Origin: Bacteriovoracia bacterium
GTDB taxonomy: Bacteria > Bdellovibrionota > Bacteriovoracia > Bacteriovoracales > Bacteriovoracaceae
Direction of reading: 5' to 3'
DNA length: 26,986 nt
NCBI GenBank assembly: GCA_046570105.1
Contig: JBKHVI010000041.1
Coordinates: 1-26,986 of the forward strand
The translations under genes and the position numbers were made by a program. The number at the start of each line of letters is the position of its first letter. Position 1 is the first letter of the stretch. Of the stretch, positions 1-7,918 are shown one piece after another. Below the pieces are notes generated by a model, which was given only the letters and a program-made list of their open reading frames with translations, made no database searches and was not told where the DNA came from.

Positions 1-91
1 TGAAGCAAACCAATTCTATGGAGAGGGCCATGCTTAGGCCAAATCAGAATTTACACAAGATTTCTTACACCACCATATTTGAAGATACTTA

Positions 92-634
92 ATGAAAACT
101 AACTTTCTATTTTTTTTATTGCCACTAATTCTTTCTTTTCATTCCGTTGATAAATTATCACTTCATGAGAAATATCCTTATAATCTTTTGACTGATGATT
201 ATGGAATACTTATTGAAGAAGATCTAACTAAGGAAATCGTTACGAATAAACTCTCCTTAGCAGATCTCCAAAATCCTGAATTACGATTTTATCGTTGGCA
301 GTGCTTCCCAACCTATCAGGTTAAATACCATTTTCACACTTGGAAAGATCTAAGTCCTTATGGCGGTACCGATATTATCGGTTTGTGTGATTTTGGGATA
401 AGAGTTCGACTTAAGAATGAATCTCACTTTTATTATGACAGAAGAGCGAGACCAGTCGAGTTTTGCGTGGAGATGGCTAAAGAGTGGAAGCGTCTAACAA
501 AAAACCAGCCATACCTCTGTCTTAATGGAGAGAGAGATTTCAAAGAAAAAAAAGAAACTAGCTGGACCTGGAATAAAACCAAAACTAAAATTGGTTGTAT
601 TTCACTATTCGTTGGCGGTTGCGAGAATCTCTAG
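92..634 (+). CDS. Hypothetical exported Cys-rich protein (180 aa)
   Basis: Intact ORF with an N-terminal signal-peptide-like stretch (MKTNFLFFLLPLILSFHS) and six Cys in the mature part. Visibly more AT-rich than its neighbours. No family recognised with confidence. Confidence 0.7.
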   Translation: MKTNFLFFLLPLILSFHSVDKLSLHEKYPYNLLTDDYGILIEEDLTKEIVTNKLSLADLQNPELRFYRWQCFPTYQVKYHFHTWKDLSPYGGTDIIGLCDFGIRVRLKNESHFYYDRRARPVEFCVEMAKEWKRLTKNQPYLCLNGERDFKEKKETSWTWNKTKTKIGCISLFVGGCENL

Positions 635-676
635 TTCTATAGCAGTTTCTAGTGAAGTGTTTTTGGCAAAATGAGA

Positions 677-1594
677 CTAGTGAGCAACCGCAATACTTTG
701 CGGGAGACGCAAACTGTCTCGCACTTCCGCCTTAAGATGCGAAGCAGAGACGATCTCGTAGGCCGACGGAGTATCGAGCAGCTTACGACAGAGAAGATTG
801 TGGAGATTATGGCCTGACTTATAAGTCGTGATTTTACCGGCGATCTCATGGCCCAAAAGACTTACGTCACCTAGAGTGTCGAGAATTTTGTGACGCACGA
901 ATTCATTAGCAAAACGTAAACCTTCCGGATTGATGACCTTAAAATCATCCATCACTACAGCATTATCAAGTGATCCGCCCTTAATCAGGCCTTTTCGCTT
1001 GAGCATATCTACGTCGCGAGCAAAACCAAAAGTACGCGCGCGCGAGATATGGTCGATAAAGTTCTCGCATGAGAATTCAAAGATTTCTTGCTGAGTTTTA
1101 ATCACAGGGTGAGCAAACACAATTGTCGAATCAATCACCAAGTTATGATGAGGATCGAACTGCGCCCATTTGCCGTCTTTCTCGACGCGAACTGTGTCGA
1201 GAATAACCAGGAATTTTTTCGATTTATTAAGATTACGAAGACCGGTTTCTTTCATCATAAAGACAAAAGAAGCACCTGAACCATCCATAATAGGAACTTC
1301 TGGACCATCAATTTCAATTAAAGCGTTGTTGATACCAAGGCCGTACAAAACTGCCAGCAAGTGTTCAACTGTGTGAACTGCGCCGCGACCTTCGCCAATC
1401 GTCGTTGCATTTTCCGTAGCACCCACACTTTTTGCATCGGCGCGCATCGGAACTGAACCCGGAATATCTGTGCGAACAAATTGGAATCCATGATCAGCCT
1501 CGGCCGGGCAAACACGCATAGTAACTTTGCGGCCCGAGTGGAGTCCGATTCCTGTTACTTTTACTTCTTTGGCCAAGGTTCTCTGATAAATCAT
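677..1594 (-). CDS. lpxC: UDP-3-O-acyl-N-acetylglucosamine deacetylase LpxC
   Basis: QRTL..GIGLHSG start, TVEHLLA Zn ligand, EVPIMDGS, SRARTFGF, GGSLDNA, EFVRHKILD and KSGH motifs. ATG at 1594 lies 6 nt from a GGGA SD; an alternative GTG is at 1597. Confidence 0.98.
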   Translation of the reverse strand: MIYQRTLAKEVKVTGIGLHSGRKVTMRVCPAEADHGFQFVRTDIPGSVPMRADAKSVGATENATTIGEGRGAVHTVEHLLAVLYGLGINNALIEIDGPEVPIMDGSGASFVFMMKETGLRNLNKSKKFLVILDTVRVEKDGKWAQFDPHHNLVIDSTIVFAHPVIKTQQEIFEFSCENFIDHISRARTFGFARDVDMLKRKGLIKGGSLDNAVVMDDFKVINPEGLRFANEFVRHKILDTLGDVSLLGHEIAGKITTYKSGHNLHNLLCRKLLDTPSAYEIVSASHLKAEVRDSLRLPQSIAVAH

Positions 1595-1659
1595 CACTTA
1601 TCCCATCAACATGGAGCAGTCAGGCTCTCAGTATAAAGCATTGTTGTTTTAATAAAACC

Positions 1660-1689
1660 CAGAAATATGTGCTGTTTGTAATATTTCTG
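1660..1689. promoter_or_regulatory. Inverted repeat between ruvB and lpxC (operator or RNA hairpin)
   Basis: CAGAAATAT-N12-ATATTTCTG, perfect 9-bp arms. Confidence 0.35.
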
Positions 1690-1699
1690 ACTGGGCCGG

Positions 1700-2686
1700 T
1701 CAACGACTTTCAATATGCCGGATAGCCTCTTCAGAGAGCTGACGACCTCTTGGGGTTCGCAAAATAAGGCCCTGTTTTAAAAGGAAAGGTTCGTAGACTT
1801 CTTCGATGGTTTGCTTATCTTCACCCAAGGTGGCACTTAAAGCTTCGATACCGACCGGGCCTCCGGAATAGTACTGCTTCATGACTGTTAGGATTTTTCT
1901 ATCCATGGAATCAAGGCCTAATTCATCAATATCCATCAACTGGAGCGCCTTTTGGACATCCACCATTTCAACGGTTTTCTTGCCGGCCACGAGAGCATAA
2001 TCACGTACTCGACGCAAAATACGATTCGCAATTCGGGGAGTGCCGCGTGCTCTACGAGCGATCTCATGCTTTGACTCTCCATTAAGATCCATCAAAAGTT
2101 TTGAGGCATTGGCAGCAATAATTTTTGAAAGAGTCTCGGCCGAATAATAATCAAAACTCAAATGCGCCATAAACCGATCGCGCAAGGGATTAGATAAAAG
2201 ACCTGAACGAGTGGTGGCACCGATTAATGTGAACGGAACAAGGTCAATTTGCATGGTGCGAGCGCTGGCGCCTTGGCCAATCAAAATATCCAAACGAAAG
2301 TCTTCCATCGCTGAGTAGAGAATCTCTTCCACAGCAATGTGCATGCGATGAATTTCATCAATAAAGAGAACATCGCGCGGTTTGAGATTGGTGAGAACAG
2401 CTGCGAGGTCACCTTTTTTCTCAATGGCCGGACCTGAAACCACATGCATCTCGCTACCAAGACTCCCAGCAATCAGCATCGCGAGAGAGGTTTTTCCCAA
2501 GCCGGGAGGACCAGACAAAAGCACATGATCCATGGCGGCGCCACGAATCTTGGCGGACTCAACCATGACAGAAATATTAGCGACGACCTTCTCTTGGCCG
2601 ACATATTCAGCAAAACTTCTCGGACGAAGAGCAGCCTCTTGGTCGCGCTCAACCGGATCAGTAGAATTGGTGACGATGCGATCCAT
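1700..2686 (-). CDS. ruvB: Holliday junction branch migration helicase RuvB
   Basis: LRPRSFAEYVGQ, Walker A GPPGLGKT, Walker B FIDEIHR, GATTR, LRDRF, RGTPRIANR, EPFLL..RTPRGR. Confidence 0.99.
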   Translation of the reverse strand: MDRIVTNSTDPVERDQEAALRPRSFAEYVGQEKVVANISVMVESAKIRGAAMDHVLLSGPPGLGKTSLAMLIAGSLGSEMHVVSGPAIEKKGDLAAVLTNLKPRDVLFIDEIHRMHIAVEEILYSAMEDFRLDILIGQGASARTMQIDLVPFTLIGATTRSGLLSNPLRDRFMAHLSFDYYSAETLSKIIAANASKLLMDLNGESKHEIARRARGTPRIANRILRRVRDYALVAGKKTVEMVDVQKALQLMDIDELGLDSMDRKILTVMKQYYSGGPVGIEALSATLGEDKQTIEEVYEPFLLKQGLILRTPRGRQLSEEAIRHIESR

Positions 2687-2689
2687 AAA

Positions 2690-3298
2690 CTACCTCAATT
2701 CTCGCAAAAGACCCTTTAAGAGGTCTTCTGAACTGTTGAAATCTCTCTCGCCAAGCAAACGATTCATAACCGGGATGACTTGGTTTTCTTTAAAACCCAA
2801 CTCTTGGCAGGCCTGTAGGGTCTCGCCCATTAATTTAGAAATTCCGTTATCTACCACGATCTTCTTGGGTTCACCCTTACCAAGCGGCAGAGTGAATCCA
2901 CCGGTGAGTTTGGTGATTTTATCTTTAAGTGAAAGCACGATTTGCTCAGCACTTTTTTTGCCAATGCCGGGCGCTTCTTTCAACATGTTGGAGTTCTCCA
3001 GCGTGATCGCTTGAATAACACCTTGGTGACCTAAGTGAGCAATCAATCCGAAAGCACTCTTGGGACCAATGCCATTCACATCAACTAACATTTCAAACAA
3101 ACGCTTCTCATCTAAGGTGATAAAACCAAAGAGCGATTGCGCGTCTTCGCGAATGATATGAGTGGTGAACAAAGTGACGTTTTTCCCTGGCATATGAACA
3201 GTTGGAACATGCACTTCATAACCTAAACCCTGCGCTGTTAGCACAATGATGCGTTGAGGTTCTGAAGAAACGACATTGCCTTCGATATATCCAATCAT
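2690..3298 (-). CDS. ruvA: Holliday junction branch migration protein RuvA
   Basis: MIGYIEG, GLGYEV, REDAQSLFGF, HhH motifs VNGIGPKSA and PGIGKKSAEQI. Located between ruvC and ruvB. Confidence 0.97.
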   Translation of the reverse strand: MIGYIEGNVVSSEPQRIIVLTAQGLGYEVHVPTVHMPGKNVTLFTTHIIREDAQSLFGFITLDEKRLFEMLVDVNGIGPKSAFGLIAHLGHQGVIQAITLENSNMLKEAPGIGKKSAEQIVLSLKDKITKLTGGFTLPLGKGEPKKIVVDNGISKLMGETLQACQELGFKENQVIPVMNRLLGERDFNSSEDLLKGLLRELR

Positions 3299-3855
3299 GG
3301 AGAAACTTCCTTCACTCGATGAGCAAGCGAAGCCGCGAGGCCTCGTCCTTTTTTAGTTTTTTTAGGCATCACACGTCCTGGAACCAGTGATGTTTTTTGC
3401 ATCATATGACAAAAAGCAATCGCCAGGGCATCAGATTCATCGTGAGTTTTAAATTCAATCGGGCCCATGTGAAGGCGCAAAATCTTTTGCATGCCTTCCT
3501 TATCCGTTCCACCATGACCGGCAACCGTCGATTTAATCGCAGTCGGAGCATATTCGTGAACCGGTCGATCGGTTTGTGTAAGTGCTGCCAACATGGCGCC
3601 GCGTGCCTGCGCCAATTTCATCAATGATGTGGGCGACTTCACATAAATCAAGGCCTCAAGGGCAATTTCGTCAGGCTCGTGCTCGCGCATCAGCCGCCCC
3701 GTTTCTTCGTAAATAAATTTTATTCTATCAAGGAAATCGTCTTTGGCGTTAAAACGTAAAACGCCTGACGTGATGTAGCGCATGCGGCGTCCTTCCAGAA
3801 CACACACTGCGTAGCCGGCACAAACGGAACCGGGATCGATCGCCAAAACTTTCAT
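3295..3855 (-). CDS. ruvC: Crossover junction endodeoxyribonuclease RuvC
   Basis: VLAIDPG, IALE, LAQARGA, EYAPTAIK..VAGHG and DESDALAIA catalytic motifs. ATGA overlap with ruvA. Confidence 0.97.
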   Translation of the reverse strand: MKVLAIDPGSVCAGYAVCVLEGRRMRYITSGVLRFNAKDDFLDRIKFIYEETGRLMREHEPDEIALEALIYVKSPTSLMKLAQARGAMLAALTQTDRPVHEYAPTAIKSTVAGHGGTDKEGMQKILRLHMGPIEFKTHDESDALAIAFCHMMQKTSLVPGRVMPKKTKKGRGLAASLAHRVKEVSP

Positions 3856-3904
3856 TGAATAGATTTAATCAGCTCTGTGGCGCATCCGTCCAGCTAACTT
3901 AAGA

Positions 3905-4084
3905 CTAGGTGGCGCTTTTAGCTTTGAGATAATTTCCTACGTAGAAAACAAAGGAGCCAATTACGAGTTGCGCCAACTCAATACGTCCGTAATCTCCGTC
4001 ACGGATACCCGCGAATAAACAGAGACCTACTGCGGCCATACCAAAAAGTTGCATTCCTACTGCGACGTAAAACAGACCTTTCAT
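3905..4084 (-). CDS. Small hypothetical membrane protein (59 aa, two hydrophobic helices)
   Basis: From ATG 4084: MKGLFYVAVGMQLFGMAAVGLCLFAG-IRDGDYGR-IELAQLVIGSFVFYVGNYLK. Fills the gap upstream of ruvC on the same strand. Confidence 0.65.
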   Translation of the reverse strand: MKGLFYVAVGMQLFGMAAVGLCLFAGIRDGDYGRIELAQLVIGSFVFYVGNYLKAKSAT

Positions 4085-4134
4085 AAGGACAGTTCTAGCA
4101 AAAGCAGCAGGCAAAGACTAGGATGTGAGCACTT

Positions 4135-5004
4135 ATGACATTGCTTTTAAAAGCCCAGCCGCTCGTGGATCAACGCATTCCAGAATTACAGCGGATTTGC
4201 GACCACTTAAAAGCGCAAGGCGTTCAACCTAAGCTCGTCGTCGTCTTAGTGGGAGATAATCCCGCCTCGCTCAGCTACATCGCTAATAAAAGAAAACTTT
4301 GCGAAAAAGTCGGCGCCAGTTTTGAGCTACGCCAACTGCCACCTACTACTACAGCTTCAGCCTTTCTTAAAATCATGGATGGGATTAATCATGATCCAAC
4401 GATTCATGGATGTATTATTCAGTTACCCGTTTATGGAGAAAGCGCCACTCTCGACGTGGAAGCTTTGGTAAATGCAGAAAAAGACGTCGATGGTTTCCAT
4501 CCAACGAATACCACTCAGCTTTATCTAGGCCGCGTGAATGAGAAATCACTGCTCCCCTGCACACCAAAAGGTGTCATGTCGCTCTTGAAGCACAATCAGA
4601 TTGCAGTTAAAGGCAAACACGTTGTGGTCATTGGTCGCAGTCAAATCGTGGGTAAACCGCTTTCCCTTTTGTTAAATCTGGCTGGCGCCACCGTAACGAT
4701 GTGCCACTCAGGCACAAATGATCTCGCCCATCACACACGCCAAGCTGATATTGTCATCTCTGCTGTTGGAAAAATTAATCTTCTGACCGCACAGCATTTT
4801 GATTCTGCTCGCAAAACTGTCGTAGTCGATGTGGGTATGAGTAAAAATGCCGAAGGAAAACTCGTCGGCGATGTCGACTTTGCGGCCGTCTCACCAGTGG
4901 TGAGGGCGATTACACCAGTTCCTGGTGGGGTGGGGCCTATGACTGTGCTATCACTAATTGAAAATCTTTTGACTGCCGCTCAAAACCAAAAGGATCGTTC
5001 ATGA
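4135..5004 (+). CDS. folD: Bifunctional methylenetetrahydrofolate dehydrogenase/cyclohydrolase FolD
   Basis: VGDNPAS..YxxxK, GCIIQLP, KDVDGFHP, PCTPKG, GRSQIVGKP, VDVG, GDVDF, TPVPGGVGPMT. Confidence 0.98.
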   Translation: MTLLLKAQPLVDQRIPELQRICDHLKAQGVQPKLVVVLVGDNPASLSYIANKRKLCEKVGASFELRQLPPTTTASAFLKIMDGINHDPTIHGCIIQLPVYGESATLDVEALVNAEKDVDGFHPTNTTQLYLGRVNEKSLLPCTPKGVMSLLKHNQIAVKGKHVVVIGRSQIVGKPLSLLLNLAGATVTMCHSGTNDLAHHTRQADIVISAVGKINLLTAQHFDSARKTVVVDVGMSKNAEGKLVGDVDFAAVSPVVRAITPVPGGVGPMTVLSLIENLLTAAQNQKDRS

Positions 5005-6074
5005 CCACTCAACGCACTTCGCTTTATCAAAAGCACGTTGATCTCAAGGCCAAGATTGTTGATTTTGCTGGCTGGGATATGCCAGTTCAATACACTTCAG
5101 TGAAAGAAGAAGTCCTCGCTGTCCGCCATAAAGTCGGCGTTTTTGATGTGTCACACATGGGTGAGTTTTTCGCTGAGGGCCCAGATGCTGTGAAATTTAT
5201 CGATTATCTGGTCACCAACAATATTACCGAAGCTCCCATGGGCAAGGCGATTTACTCTCCACTCTGCCGCGAAAATGGCACAGTGATTGATGATCTTATC
5301 GTTTATAAGCTCGCTCCAGAGCGCATTATGATTTGTGTGAACGCTTCGAACATCGATAAAGACTTCAACTGGATGAAATCTCATGCCGCGAAGTTTAATG
5401 TTCGCTTCACGAATCATTCACCTGAGTTTTCTTTATTGGCCCTTCAGGGTCCTGAAACTGAGAAAGTTCTCAAAAGCTTAATTAAAGAAATGCCTCCCAT
5501 GGAGTACTACTCCGTTTGGGAAGGTGAATGGCAAGGCCAGACAGTCATTTTGGCCCGCACCGGATATACTGGGGAAGATGGCTTTGAAATCTTTGGCAAA
5601 CACAGCTCCATCGCCCAAATGTGGGATGAATTTATGAAGCTAGGAGTCACACCGTGTGGCCTAGCTGCTCGCGATGTTCTTCGCTTAGAAGTTTGTTACC
5701 CACTTTATGGTCACGAGCTTAACGATGAAATCACACCTCTCGATGCCGCCTTGGGTTGGACCGTAAAAATGGCTAAGCCTGCATTTATTGGAAAAGAAGC
5801 GCTCACTGGGTTCAAGCCTCGCTTCAAGCTAGTGAAGCTCTTAGTTGAAAAGGGCATTCCGCGCGAAGGTTATTCCGTTTGTGATGCTGAAGGTGCTGTT
5901 ATTGGTACGGTGACTTCGGGCACGATGTCGGTCATTCTCAACCAAGGTGTGGCGCTTGCTCGTATTGAAGCGAGTAAAGTCATCGCAGGCCAAAATTATT
6001 TTATTGATATTCGTCAGAAAAAATATCCAGCAACAATGACAACAAAACCTTTTGTTCAAGGGGGACATAAATAA
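5001..6074 (+). CDS. gcvT: Glycine cleavage system aminomethyltransferase T
   Basis: [62 protein letters not shown] overlap with folD. Confidence 0.98.
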   Translation: MTTQRTSLYQKHVDLKAKIVDFAGWDMPVQYTSVKEEVLAVRHKVGVFDVSHMGEFFAEGPDAVKFIDYLVTNNITEAPMGKAIYSPLCRENGTVIDDLIVYKLAPERIMICVNASNIDKDFNWMKSHAAKFNVRFTNHSPEFSLLALQGPETEKVLKSLIKEMPPMEYYSVWEGEWQGQTVILARTGYTGEDGFEIFGKHSSIAQMWDEFMKLGVTPCGLAARDVLRLEVCYPLYGHELNDEITPLDAALGWTVKMAKPAFIGKEALTGFKPRFKLVKLLVEKGIPREGYSVCDAEGAVIGTVTSGTMSVILNQGVALARIEASKVIAGQNYFIDIRQKKYPATMTTKPFVQGGHK

Positions 6075-6463
6075 TGGCTTCTCAAATTCCAAAAAATCTT
6101 AAATACACCAAAGAACATGAATGGATCCTAGTTGATGGAGACACGGCAACTGTTGGTATTACTGACTTCGCACAATCTGCCTTGGGCGATATCGTTTTCG
6201 TGGAAGTTCCAGATGTTGGAACGGCACTTTCGTCAGGTGCAACTTTTGGTGTGGTGGAATCAATCAAATCTGTGAGTGATCTCTATTCACCAATTACAGG
6301 TGAAGTGATTGCAAAGAATGAAGACGTTGAAGGCTCGCCTGAAAAAATCAACGCGAACGCTTATGAAGCGTGGCTAATCAAAGTCAAGATAAAAAATCCT
6401 GGAGATCTTGCTCAGTTGCTTACTCCAGAAGCCTACGACCAGTTCTGTCAAACCTCTGCGTAA
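6074..6463 (+). CDS. gcvH: Glycine cleavage system H protein
   Basis: YTKEHEW, GITDFAQSALGDIVFVE, lipoyl-Lys motif VESIKS, SPITGEV. TAATG overlap with gcvT. Confidence 0.98.
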   Translation: MASQIPKNLKYTKEHEWILVDGDTATVGITDFAQSALGDIVFVEVPDVGTALSSGATFGVVESIKSVSDLYSPITGEVIAKNEDVEGSPEKINANAYEAWLIKVKIKNPGDLAQLLTPEAYDQFCQTSA

Positions 6464-6466
6464 ACA

Positions 6467-6508
6467 AACTCGGCGCAGAAATGCGCCGAGTTCTTCTTCT
6501 TTTTATTT
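6467..6508 (+). terminator. Intrinsic terminator after gcvH
   Basis: AACTCGGCGCA-GAAA-TGCGCCGAGTT (11-bp stem, GNRA loop) followed by a T-rich tail, 3 nt after the stop. Confidence 0.85.
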
Positions 6509-6653
6509 ATACGAAACCCACTTCATTTCTATCTGAATTTTTAAGCCAGAAAAATTTATTCTAAAGCGGAAGTTCACTTTACGAACCCACCTCAGATGAT
6601 GATACTTCACCTCTGTTTTTAATTCCCATGAAGAGCCGAGGACAGCCGAAGAT

Positions 6654-6938
6654 ATGGAATCAATCCAACTTCTCAATACTGCCATTATCAAGAGCAAAGA
6701 AAAAAAGATCAGCCACTCTTACGAAGAGCGATTGATGAAACTTTCTAACTCACCGGTGATCGAGCATTTGAATAAGTCGATTGCTCAGCTTGCTGAAGCT
6801 CAAAAGATCTCTAAAGATCAAGCAGCGCTTATGGTGATTGAATCAATTCGCGAATTAGATGCTATCTGGTCTGACTACGTAACGATGGAAGGAATTGATC
6901 GCCTGAAGTCCCTACTACGTACGACAGGCGTTCAGTAG
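6654..6938 (+). CDS. Hypothetical helical protein (94 aa)
   Basis: Intact ORF filling the intergenic space, with an amphipathic-helix pattern. No family recognised. Confidence 0.75.
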   Translation: MESIQLLNTAIIKSKEKKISHSYEERLMKLSNSPVIEHLNKSIAQLAEAQKISKDQAALMVIESIRELDAIWSDYVTMEGIDRLKSLLRTTGVQ

Positions 6939-6939
6939 A

Positions 6940-7833
6940 CTAGCTCTTAACGACAAAGCCCCATTCAATTGTTGCTCGGCCATTTACCACTAAATCCTTC
7001 GGTGGATTTGGAAATGGTCCCGCAGAATTAAATGATTCAATGGCTGCATCATCAAGTTCGCGTACACCGCTGGAACTTTTCACATGAACTTTTAGAATTT
7101 CACCATTGGCGTCCATCGTGATGACCAGAGCTGTGGTGTATTGATCGCTCGCGGGTAAACGGCGACCGCTCTTATAGAGTGCGTCGGCTTTTTCATGGAG
7201 GGACTTGCCCCAGAACTGCTCGAGTTTGCCGCGTATGCGATGAAAGAAGCCATAGTGCTTGTATTCAACTGTGTTGAGTTGTGTGAAATCACCTAGGGCC
7301 ACATGCTCAACGTAATCATTGGTACTTGAGAAGCCTTGGGATTTTTCATCACCACGCTCAATACCTTTTTTCGCCATAGAAGCAGGAGCTCTTTGAATTT
7401 GCGGAGCTCCCATCGCTTCAAATCCCACATCGCTTAATTTTAAGTTCTTGATGGCTTTTTTCTGTGCCTGAGCTTTGGTTTGAGGTTGAGGCACTGAATC
7501 CGCTTGTGAATTTCCTTTGGCGGCACGGTTGAAAGTCGCCACTTTGCGCGCCACTGTTTGGCGATCATGTGATTGATCTTTTGCGCCAAGGAAAGCTTCA
7601 TCCTTAGGCTTTTCATTTTTGCCAGTATCATCATTTTGCACAATCTGCTGACGCGCTTTGAAAGCTTTCCATTCGTCATCGGTCATGGGGACAACGGCAA
7701 TTTGTGTTTCGTCTTTTTCAGCAACTTGCCAGGTGGTAACCGAGCGCTGAATTTCTGTCCAAAAACTCGCAACATGCATGACCATCACAAGGGCCATGAG
7801 TGCAAGTAAACGACGATCGATAGTGATAGACAT
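6940..7833 (-). CDS. TonB/TolA C-terminal domain membrane protein
   Basis: N-terminal TM helix containing His (LMALVMVMHVASFW), polar linker, C-terminal LVITMDANGEILKVHVKSSSGVRELDDAAIESFNSAGPFPNPP. ATG at 7833 follows an AAGGA SD. Confidence 0.85.
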   Translation of the reverse strand: MSITIDRRLLALMALVMVMHVASFWTEIQRSVTTWQVAEKDETQIAVVPMTDDEWKAFKARQQIVQNDDTGKNEKPKDEAFLGAKDQSHDRQTVARKVATFNRAAKGNSQADSVPQPQTKAQAQKKAIKNLKLSDVGFEAMGAPQIQRAPASMAKKGIERGDEKSQGFSSTNDYVEHVALGDFTQLNTVEYKHYGFFHRIRGKLEQFWGKSLHEKADALYKSGRRLPASDQYTTALVITMDANGEILKVHVKSSSGVRELDDAAIESFNSAGPFPNPPKDLVVNGRATIEWGFVVKS

Positions 7834-7865
7834 GGGAATCCTTTCCTTAGAGCTCACCAAAAGCT

Positions 7866-7893
7866 TTATCGGAAGAATTCCCAGAGAATTTTA
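7866..7893 (-). promoter_or_regulatory. Putative sigma28 (FliA) promoter of the TonB-domain gene
   Basis: Minus strand TAAA-N16-TCCGATAA versus consensus TAAA-N15/16-GCCGATAA. Confidence 0.6.
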
Positions 7894-7918
7894 GATCAGG
7901 ACGAGAGGTAAAATCAGC

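Noticed and set aside
1..37. Possible 3' end of an upstream gene (EANQFYGEGHA-stop)
   Set aside because: Too short to support a call.
2532..3014. 160-aa plus-strand ORF
   Set aside because: Antisense shadow of ruvA/ruvB with no independent coding signal. The other short overlapping ORFs in the track were rejected for the same reason.
3856..3904. LexA/SOS box upstream of ruvC
   Set aside because: No CTGT-N8-ACAG or GAAC-N4-GTTC palindrome visible.
4085..4134. Glycine riboswitch ahead of the gcv genes
   Set aside because: Only 50 nt of intergenic space and no aptamer motifs.
6616..6652. Sigma28 promoter for the 94-aa gene (GCCGAGGA or GCCGAAGA)
   Set aside because: No TAAA-like -35 at 15-16 nt from either box.
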